DNA of 4,791 nucleotides from a virus (Duplodnaviria; Heunggongvirae; Uroviricota; Caudoviricetes): IMG/VR virus record IMGVR_UViG_2648501669_000004, positions 1 to 4,791 of that record; one strand, 5' to 3'. Shown piece by piece: positions 1 to 4,791 of this stretch (position 1 is its first letter; each line of letters starts with the position of its first letter). The notes under the pieces were generated by a model. It saw only the letters and a program-made list of their open reading frames with translations, ran no database searches and was not told where the DNA came from. The position numbers and the translations under genes were made by a program.

Positions 1-49
1 TCGTTCAACACACTGCACAATAAAATTAATCCGTATAAGGAGAACTGAT

Positions 50-583
50 ATGACCACTATTACCAGAGAAAACGCGGAGATTAAATCATTCATCACTGGT
101 TTCCTGAGCGATCCGGCGCACGATAACCAATCTTCAAACAGCCTACTTGCTGATGTGTTTCGTATCGCACTGGCATCGCTGGAAGCAGTATCGGATGAAC
201 GGGCAGCCTATGAATTATTTATGGAGAAGCGTTTCGGGGAATCTGTAGATCGTCGCAGGGCAAAAAATGGCGATAGCGAATACATGGCATGGGATATGGC
301 GCTTGGCTGGATTATCTGGTGTCACCGCGCCACTATGCTTCAGAGTCAGGATAGTGGCATTAAAAATGACTGGATAAGCTGTAGTGAGCGAATGCCTGAG
401 AAGAATCAGAACGTGCTCATTTCGGTGAATTTCGATAGCTCTCTGGTTGAACCGCTAATATGCTCCGCACGCTATACCGGAAGTACATTCCGGAGAGGGG
501 ATGCAACGATTAAGCCGGGTAATGATATTGAGCAGGCAACTCACTGGATGCCGCTACCAGAACCACCGCAGGAGGTGAACTGA
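50..583 (+). CDS. Phage protein with C-terminal DUF551-like domain (function unknown)
   Basis: 177-aa ORF. AAGGAG at 37-42 sits 7 nt before ATG 50. The C-terminal half (WISCSERMPE...VLISV...THWMPLPEPP) matches my recollection of the DUF551 signature common in lambdoid nin-region proteins. Stop TGA 581-583 overlaps the next start (TGATG), indicating translational coupling. Confidence 0.7.
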   Translation: MTTITRENAEIKSFITGFLSDPAHDNQSSNSLLADVFRIALASLEAVSDERAAYELFMEKRFGESVDRRRAKNGDSEYMAWDMALGWIIWCHRATMLQSQDSGIKNDWISCSERMPEKNQNVLISVNFDSSLVEPLICSARYTGSTFRRGDATIKPGNDIEQATHWMPLPEPPQEVN

Positions 584-978
584 TGAAAAATGAAGTCGAC
601 AATGTTATCACCCTGGTACAGCCAAAATCAGAGGAGGAAGGACTCCTCAACGTTGTGATAACCGACAGAAAAAGCGGCGAGCAAAAATGCTGTCAGCATA
701 TCCGTACAACAATTTCAGAAGTGAATCGTACGATTACCTGTAACCGATGCGGATTGGCTTTAGATCCGTTCGAGCTTGTTCTCGAGCGTGCGAGAAACGG
801 TGAAAACATAGTGTCTGAGATAAAATCACTCTATGCAAAGCGGGATGCTCTTCGTGAAGCTGTGGCAAAACTTGAACGTGAAGAGAAAAACGCCAAAGCC
901 CGGTTACGAGCAGCCAGGACAGCAATACTGTATGCGGAAAATGACCTTAAAAATATTGAGCAGGAGGTGAATCGATGA
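583..978 (+). CDS. Hypothetical phage protein with N-terminal Cys cluster (possible zinc ribbon) and C-terminal coiled-coil-like region
   Basis: 131-aa ORF. GGAGG at 571-575 sits 7 nt before ATG 583. Contains CCQH...CNRCG Cys cluster and a charged heptad-like C-terminus (REAVAKLEREEKNAKARLRAAR). No family recognised. Confidence 0.6.
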   Translation: MKNEVDNVITLVQPKSEEEGLLNVVITDRKSGEQKCCQHIRTTISEVNRTITCNRCGLALDPFELVLERARNGENIVSEIKSLYAKRDALREAVAKLEREEKNAKARLRAARTAILYAENDLKNIEQEVNR

Positions 979-1058
979 CCTGGCCTGAGGCATTCACTAC
1001 AGTAGGAATTGCGATGGCGGTGGCGCTGGTGGTGTATTCGATTTGCCGATGGGGATAA
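975..1058 (+). CDS. Candidate 27-aa single-pass membrane peptide (MTWPEAFTTVGIAMAVALVVYSICRWG)
   Basis: Hand-translated; below the ORF-track size cut-off. ATG 975 overlaps the upstream stop (ATGA). AGGAGG at 962-967 sits 7 nt upstream. The peptide has a hydrophobic core (VGIAMAVALVVYSI) followed by basic/aromatic RWG. Stop TAA at 1056-1058. Confidence 0.35.
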   Translation: MTWPEAFTTVGIAMAVALVVYSICRWG

Positions 1059-1065
1059 AAACGGT

Positions 1066-1093
1066 TTGCGGGAAAAGGAGAGTTAAGTAGAAT
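1066..1093 (+). promoter_or_regulatory. Candidate sigma70 promoter for the hok transcript (TTGCGG -16- TAGAAT)
   Basis: -35-like TTGCGG at 1066-1071, 16-nt spacer, -10-like TAGAAT at 1088-1093 (5/6 match to TATAAT). The predicted start near 1098-1101 coincides with the 5' element that is complementary to the transcript 3' end. Prediction by eye only. Confidence 0.3.
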
Positions 1094-1097
1094 TGCT

Positions 1098-1111
1098 GCG
1101 GGTGCTTGAGG
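1098..1111 (+). promoter_or_regulatory. 5' leader element complementary to the 3' end of the hok transcript (tac/fbi-like fold-back partner)
   Basis: GCGGGTGCTTGAGG (1098-1111) can pair with CCTCAACGCACCCGC (1476-1490) as 8 + 6 bp with a single bulged C. This resembles the 5'-3' fold-back pairing described for hok mRNAs. Confidence 0.4.
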
Positions 1112-1269
1112 CTATCTGCCTCAGGCATGAACACCAAAAGGCAGATAGAGAAAAGCCCCAGTTAACATTACGCGTCCTGCAAGACGCTTAACATTAATCT
1201 GAGGCCCAATCTATGTCTCACAAATGTAGGTTAGCCTCTTACGTGCCGAAAGGCAAGGAGAAGCAGGCT

Positions 1270-1425
1270 ATGAAGCAGCAAAAGGCGATGTTAATCGCCC
1301 TGATCGTCATCTGTTTAACCGTCATAGTGACGGCACTGGTAACGAGGAAAGACCTCTGCGAGGTACGAATCCGAACCGGCCAGACGGAGGTTGCTGTCTT
1401 CGTAGACTACGAATCTGAGAAGTAA
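1270..1425 (+). CDS. hokD: Hok/Gef-family type I toxin (HokD/RelF-like small membrane toxin), 51 aa
   Basis: MKQQKAMLIALIVICLTVIVTALVTRKDLCEVRIRTGQTEVAVFVDYESEK shows the Hok family hallmarks: N-terminal TM helix followed by LCE(I/V)R...EVAAF..YES. It is near-identical over most of its length to my recollection of E. coli HokD/RelF. AAGGAG at 1255-1260 sits 9 nt before ATG 1270. The ORF track extends the frame upstream to ATG 1213 (70 aa); I take 1270 as the toxin start. Confidence 0.85.
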   Translation: MKQQKAMLIALIVICLTVIVTALVTRKDLCEVRIRTGQTEVAVFVDYESEK

Positions 1426-1434
1426 GAGTGACCA

Positions 1435-1456
1435 GGCGGGAGAGTAATCTCCCGCC
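1435..1456 (+). other. Stable RNA hairpin immediately 3' of the hok stop (9-bp GC-rich stem, GUAA tetraloop)
   Basis: GGCGGGAGA (1435-1443), loop GTAA, TCTCCCGCC (1448-1456): a perfect 9-bp stem. No U-tract follows, so this is not a canonical terminator; more likely a structural or stability element in the hok mRNA 3' region. Confidence 0.5.
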
Positions 1457-1494
1457 ACCTCTGATGTGTCGGCATCCTCAACGCACCCGCGCTT

Positions 1495-1521
1495 AACCCG
1501 CTTCGGCGGGTTTTTTGTTTT
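1495..1521 (+). terminator. Rho-independent terminator of the hok transcript
   Basis: Stem CCCGC (1497-1501), UUCG loop, GCGGG (1506-1510), extendable by A-T pairs, followed by TTTTTTGTTTT (1511-1521). Confidence 0.8.
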
Positions 1522-1591
1522 ACGTATTCTGGTTTACAATCCACAGGCCAGCCTGAACAACTGGCACCTGCTGCGCCAGCAGAGAAAACCG

Positions 1592-1864
1592 ATGGCGCAC
1601 AATACCAAACATCACAATTCTGATACCGACCTTGCCAGCAGGCACGGGCGGCGTTCTCATGCATTCAAATCTGACTGGTTCCAGCATGATCCATGCACTG
1701 AAGAACAGGCCGAATGGCTGATTCAGAACTACCGCAGACGTGGTTACGAGTTTCAGAAAGACCTCAGCCTCGACTTCCGACACTGGATCATCTCAGTCAG
1801 ACTGCCTTACTCTGAACGCCCACCGCGTCCGTCCCGCACATTCCAGCAACGGATCTGGAGGTAA
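1592..1864 (+). CDS. Small hypothetical protein, positional analogue of Rem (Qin prophage), about 90 aa
   Basis: Same frame as track ORF 1466..1864, but the 5' part of that ORF overlaps the hok 3' hairpin and terminator, so the start is placed at the first ATG after the terminator (1592). Stop TAA 1862-1864 lies directly after the GGAGG of the next gene, suggesting coupling. The protein is basic, His/Arg-rich, with no recognised domain. The start site is uncertain. Confidence 0.45.
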   Translation: MAHNTKHHNSDTDLASRHGRRSHAFKSDWFQHDPCTEEQAEWLIQNYRRRGYEFQKDLSLDFRHWIISVRLPYSERPPRPSRTFQQRIWR

Positions 1865-1865
1865 C

Positions 1866-2924
1866 GTGCGGGTATTGCTTCGACCTGTTCCGGTACCGGA
1901 ACTCGGGCTGGTGGTCCTTAAGCCTGGTCGTGAATCCATGCAGGTATTTCATAACCCTCGAGTGCTGGTGGAGCCGGAACCGAAAAGCATGCGCGGTCTG
2001 CCGTCCGGAGTCGTTCCTGCCATTCGCCAGCCGCTGGCGGAAGACAAAACATTGCTGCCGTTTTTCAGTAACGAACGGGTGATTCGTGCTGCTGGCGGCG
2101 CTGGTGCACTTTCTGACTGGCTGTTGCGTCATGTCAAATCCTGCCAGTGGCCTCATGGCGACTATCACCACAGCGAAACCGTCATACATCGTTACGGTAC
2201 CGGCGCGATGGTGTTGTGCTGGCACTGCGACAACCAGCTGCGTGACCAGACTTCCGAATCACTCGGGCAACTTGCTCATCAAAACCTGTCAGCATGGATG
2301 ACTGACGTCATCCGTCACGCAATGAATGGCACACAGGAGCGGGAATTATCGCTGGCTGAATTATCCTGGTGGGCGGTCTGCAATCAGGTAGCGGACGCAT
2401 TACCGGAGGCAGTATTACGTCGTTCGCTGGGATTGCGTGCGGATAAAATCCTCTCAGTGTACCGCGACAGCGACATCGTACCTGGAGAGCAGACAGCCAC
2501 CAGCATACTGAAGCAGCGCACAAAAAATATTGTGCTACCGCCTCACGTCCACCAGCAACAGAGCCTGCCACAGGAAAAGACGGTGGTCAGCATTGCCGTT
2601 GATCCGGAGTCTCCGGCTCAGTATCTCCAGCGCCAGAAACCACAACGGGAAGAGATGCCCGTATACACGCGCTGGGTAAAAACGCAGAAATGCGTGACGT
2701 GTGGCAATCAGGCAGATGATCCGCACCACATCATTGGTCATGGGCTGGGAGGGATGGGAACAAAGGCTGACGATTTGTTTGTTATTCCGCTGTGCCGCAA
2801 ATGCCATAACGAACTGCATGCTGGGGTAAAAGATTTTGAAGAAAAACACGGCAGCCAGCTGTTGTTGCTGATTCGTTTTTTAATGCACGCGAAAAATTCG
2901 GGTGTCCTGAAGTGGAAAGCATGA
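1866..2924 (+). CDS. DUF968-family protein with C-terminal HNH-like zinc-binding motif (YdfU-like)
   Basis: Track ORF 1740..2924; start reassigned to GTG 1866, preceded by GGAGG at 1857-1861 and the upstream stop at 1862-1864. This gives about 352 aa, close to the roughly 349 aa I recall for E. coli YdfU. C-terminus CVTCGN...DPHHIIGHGLGG...CRKCHNELH is an HNH-like CxxC...HH...CxxCH...H motif; a second Cys/His cluster lies mid-protein (CQWPHGDYHH...CWHCDNQL). An alternative ATG start is at 1938. Confidence 0.8.
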   Translation: MRVLLRPVPVPELGLVVLKPGRESMQVFHNPRVLVEPEPKSMRGLPSGVVPAIRQPLAEDKTLLPFFSNERVIRAAGGAGALSDWLLRHVKSCQWPHGDYHHSETVIHRYGTGAMVLCWHCDNQLRDQTSESLGQLAHQNLSAWMTDVIRHAMNGTQERELSLAELSWWAVCNQVADALPEAVLRRSLGLRADKILSVYRDSDIVPGEQTATSILKQRTKNIVLPPHVHQQQSLPQEKTVVSIAVDPESPAQYLQRQKPQREEMPVYTRWVKTQKCVTCGNQADDPHHIIGHGLGGMGTKADDLFVIPLCRKCHNELHAGVKDFEEKHGSQLLLLIRFLMHAKNSGVLKWKA

Positions 2925-2925
2925 A

Positions 2926-3306
2926 ATGACTGAACGCATAGAATTTGTTTTGCCTTACCCGCCGACGGTAAACACCTACTGGCGACGTCGTGGCAGCACA
3001 TATTTTGTATCAAAAGCCGGTGAGCGTTATCGCCGGGATGTGGCGCTTATTGTTCGCCAGCAGCGACTGAAATTAAACCTGTCCGGAAGGCTGGCAATAA
3101 AAATTACTGCGGAGCCACCGGATAAGCGCCGTCGTGACCTGGACAATATTCTGAAAGCACCACTGGATGCGCTGACGCATGCCGGACTTCTCATAGACGA
3201 CGAGCAGTTTGATGAAATCAATATAGTACGCGGTAAGGTCGTTCCTGGTGGGCGGCTGGGCGTGAAGATTTACGAAATAATGCATGACGGGCGGGTCAAA
3301 AAATGA
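2926..3306 (+). CDS. rusA: Crossover junction endodeoxyribonuclease RusA (Holliday junction resolvase)
   Basis: 126-aa protein. Motifs YPPTVNTYW, DKRRRDLDNILKAPLDALTHAGLLIDDEQ and GGRLGVKI match the conserved RusA catalytic-core signature (RRDxDN...DAL...DD). Position immediately upstream of Q is typical for lambdoid prophages. Confidence 0.9.
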   Translation: MTERIEFVLPYPPTVNTYWRRRGSTYFVSKAGERYRRDVALIVRQQRLKLNLSGRLAIKITAEPPDKRRRDLDNILKAPLDALTHAGLLIDDEQFDEINIVRGKVVPGGRLGVKIYEIMHDGRVKK

Positions 3307-4124
3307 AGCTGGAAGATTTACCGAAATACTATTCCCCGAAATCGCCAGGCCTGACTGATGCATCCGCCTCGACGTCAAAAGATGCGCTGAGTATCACTGA
3401 TGTGATGGCTGCGCAGGGGATGACACAGAACCGGGCTGAGATGGGATTTTCTGCGTTCCTGGGGAAAATGGGTATTAGCATGAATGACAGGGCGCGGGCA
3501 ACAGAATTACTGGCAGATTATGCATTAAGTCAGTGCGATCGCGTCGCGGCGTTAAGAAAACTCCCGACAGAAATAAAACCGGCAGTGATGCGCATTATGG
3601 CTTCGTATGCTTTTGAGGATTATGCCCGCAGCGCAGCGAGTAAAAAGCAGTGCCCTTGTTGCCATGGGGAAAAATTTATTGAAAGCGAAGTTTTTACAAA
3701 CAAAGTTCAGTATCCGGATGGTAAGCCGCCAGTATGGGCAAAGTGTACAAAAGGCGTGTATCCGTCTTACTGGGAAGAATGGAAAAAAATCCGGGAGTTG
3801 GTGAAAGTTTCCTGCCCGGTATGCAAGGGGAAAGGAGAGATTTCCACTGCCTGTAAAGATTGCCGTGGACGCGGTGTTGCCATTCATCGTGAAGAGTCGG
3901 AAAAACAGGGCGTACCAGTTTTCAGAAATTGTCAGCGTTGTGGTGGTCGTGGCTATGAAAGGCTGCCATCAACGGAGGCATTTAATGCCATATGCAAAGT
4001 GACGGGTGCTATCACGCTTGATACGTGGAAAAAATCAGTGAAATGCTTTTACGATACATTGGTGGTTCGGTTTGACATTGAAGAGGCATGGGCAGAGCAG
4101 CAGTTAAAGAGGGTAACGCGATAG
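3303..4124 (+). CDS. Q: Late-gene antiterminator Q (lambda Q family, with inserted CxxCxGxG zinc-finger repeats)
   Basis: 273-aa protein. N-terminus (YSPKSP...TDVMAAQGM), central ASYAFEDYARSAA and C-terminus (CQRCGGRGYERLPSTEAF...TWKKSVK.FYDTLVV...VTR) are collinear with lambda Q as I recall it. Start overlaps the rusA stop (ATGA). A PR'-like promoter and tR'-like terminator lie directly downstream. Confidence 0.85.
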   Translation: MKLEDLPKYYSPKSPGLTDASASTSKDALSITDVMAAQGMTQNRAEMGFSAFLGKMGISMNDRARATELLADYALSQCDRVAALRKLPTEIKPAVMRIMASYAFEDYARSAASKKQCPCCHGEKFIESEVFTNKVQYPDGKPPVWAKCTKGVYPSYWEEWKKIRELVKVSCPVCKGKGEISTACKDCRGRGVAIHREESEKQGVPVFRNCQRCGGRGYERLPSTEAFNAICKVTGAITLDTWKKSVKCFYDTLVVRFDIEEAWAEQQLKRVTR

Positions 4125-4128
4125 TGTT

Positions 4129-4169
4129 GTTGATTTTTCCCGAATCTGTGGTAAATTCGCCCTAACGAT
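4129..4169 (+). promoter_or_regulatory. PR'-like late promoter with extended -10 and downstream -10-like pause element (qut-type region)
   Basis: -35-like TTGATT (4130-4135), 16-nt spacer, TG at 4149-4150, -10 TAAATT (4152-4157), then AACGATGGG (4164-4172) exactly 6 nt downstream of the -10. This matches the lambda PR' arrangement TAAATT-N6-AACGATGGG as I recall it. Confidence 0.55.
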
Positions 4170-4229
4170 GGGCGTTTTATGCCTGACGTTAGAAGAATTT
4201 TTACAACCCGCCGCCGAGCGGGTTTTTTA
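4164..4229 (+). ncRNA. Short PR'-initiated, tR'-terminated leader transcript (analogue of lambda 6S RNA), about 65 nt
   Basis: Inferred from the spacing between the predicted PR' start (about 4164) and the intrinsic terminator ending about 4229. There is no direct evidence of an RNA product. Confidence 0.3.
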
Positions 4230-4231
4230 TT
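4206..4231 (+). terminator. tR'-like rho-independent terminator downstream of PR'
   Basis: GC-rich hairpin ACCCGC (4206-4211), 6-nt loop, GCGGGT (4218-4223), followed by a T-run (TTTTTTATT). Confidence 0.65.
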
Positions 4232-4351
4232 GCCTGAAAAACAGCACAGAACATTAAACGCGCTGGTGGTTGCGAATACTGGTCTTTCAGCTTGCTGGCT
4301 TTTTCGACAAGAGTTATTGGTATGTCACGTTAACCAGAAAAGGGAAAAGAC

Positions 4352-4549
4352 ATGCTAAAACAGCAGGATATGACCGAAACCGCCAGAGTGGTATTTAATG
4401 AATTAAGCGTCACCGAACCGGCGACAGTCGGGGAAATTGCGCAGAATACTTACCTTTCACGTGAACGCTGCCAGTTAATACTGACCCAGCTTGTTATGGC
4501 GGGTCTGGCAGATTATCAGTTCGGTTGTTACAGACGCCTTCCTCAGTGA
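4352..4549 (+). CDS. Small hypothetical protein (65 aa) with possible helix-turn-helix
   Basis: AGGGA at 4341-4345 sits about 6 nt before ATG 4352. Segment TVGEIAQNTYLSRERCQLILTQLVMAGLA resembles a (winged) HTH recognition unit. An intrinsic terminator overlaps the stop codon. No family recognised. Confidence 0.45.
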   Translation: MLKQQDMTETARVVFNELSVTEPATVGEIAQNTYLSRERCQLILTQLVMAGLADYQFGCYRRLPQ

Positions 4550-4563
4550 AGGCTTTTTTATTT
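4536..4563 (+). terminator. Rho-independent terminator overlapping the stop of the 65-aa ORF
   Basis: Stem GCCTTC (4536-4541), loop CTCAGT, GAAGGC (4548-4553), followed by TTTTTTATTT (4554-4563). Confidence 0.6.
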
Positions 4564-4699
4564 GTGGTAATGGGCGGCTGGTGGGTGTTAGCGGCACCTG
4601 CCAGCCATCTGCTCATGCGTTGGGGTCACAAGCAAACCTCAGGCCCATCTGCTTTGCGCAAAAGCGGTATGAGCCTATCAGAGAAGTGCTTATTGATCT

Positions 4700-4791
4700 A
4701 TGGCTAATACTGTAAAAATATCCAGTTGTGAGTTAATCAACGCTGATTGCCTGGAATTTATCCAGACCTTACCGGAAAACTCTGTCGATCT
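4700..4791 (+). CDS. DNA methyltransferase, N-terminal fragment (continues beyond window end)
   Basis: ATG 4700 directly follows an in-frame TGA (4694-4696). Translation MANTVKISSCELINADCLEFIQTLPENSVD matches the typical N-terminus of N6-adenine/N4-cytosine DNA methyltransferases (...DCLE..K.LP..SVDLI..DPPY), cut off before the DPPY motif. No strong SD seen. Confidence 0.55.
   Translation, partial: MANTVKISSCELINADCLEFIQTLPENSVD

Noticed and set aside
734-925. Minus-strand 63-aa ORF
   Set aside because: Entirely embedded antisense within the better-supported + strand gene 583-978; no RBS or family features; typical spurious antisense ORF.
1150-1300. Sok-like antisense RNA gene on the minus strand opposite the hok leader
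   Set aside because: Only weak -35/-10 candidates (e.g. TTGCCT-17-TAACCT) and no hairpin-plus-U-tract terminator on the minus strand; left as an open question, not a feature.
1466-1591. Upstream portion of track ORF 1466..1864 (start at 1466)
   Set aside because: This part of the frame overlaps the hok 3' hairpin and intrinsic terminator; a start after the terminator (ATG 1592) is more plausible.
1407-1783. Minus-strand ORFs 1407..1664 and 1520..1783
   Set aside because: They run antisense across the hok 3' hairpin and terminator and the Rem-like ORF; low-complexity translations with no recognisable features.
1740-1865. ATG 1740 as start of the DUF968 gene
   Set aside because: It would overlap the upstream ORF by 125 nt. 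GTG 1866 has a GGAGG Shine-Dalgarno and follows the upstream stop directly, giving a length consistent with YdfU-like proteins.
1797-3378. Minus-strand ORFs (1797..2225, 2308..2571, 2535..2849, 2738..3013, 3027..3221, 3073..3378) and + strand off-frame ORF 2086..2301
   Set aside because: All lie inside confidently assigned + strand genes (DUF968, rusA, Q) in other frames or antisense; no supporting signals.
3552-3887. Minus-strand 111-aa ORF and + strand off-frame ORF 3607..3804 within Q
   Set aside because: Embedded in the Q coding region, whose identity is supported by family motifs and flanking PR'/tR' signals.
4564-4699. Possible tRNA gene between Q and the late genes (common in some lambdoid and Stx phages)
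   Set aside because: No T-arm consensus (GTTCRANYC) or cloverleaf-compatible pairing could be found by eye in this interval.
4491-4715. Track ORFs 4491..4715 and 4525..4707
   Set aside because: They overlap each other, the 65-aa ORF terminator and the methyltransferase start; no RBS; translations look like out-of-frame noise.
1-4791. CRISPR arrays, IS elements or integrase/att sites
   Set aside because: No regularly spaced direct repeats, terminal inverted repeats or transposase/integrase-like ORFs are present in this window.

Overview
This window reads as the right-arm early-to-late regulatory segment of a lambdoid prophage from an enterobacterium (E. coli-like), with every supported gene on the + strand. 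In order: a DUF551-type protein, a Cys-cluster/coiled-coil hypothetical protein and a possible 27-aa membrane peptide (all translationally coupled); a Hok/Gef-family type I toxin gene with a structured leader and a 3' hairpin plus intrinsic terminator; a small Rem-like ORF; a DUF968/HNH-like protein (YdfU-like); the RusA Holliday-junction resolvase; and a lambda-family antiterminator Q. Q is followed by a PR'-like late promoter with a conserved pause element and a tR'-like terminator, then a small helix-turn-helix-like ORF with its own terminator and the 5' end of a DNA methyltransferase gene running off the window. The gene order hok-rem-ydfU-(rusA)-Q resembles the Qin prophage of E. coli K-12 as I recall it. 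The most notable point is that the hok gene appears to carry a complete hok-mRNA-style architecture, including 5'/3' fold-back complementarity, rather than sitting behind relBE. All protein-family calls rest on recalled motifs, not database searches.
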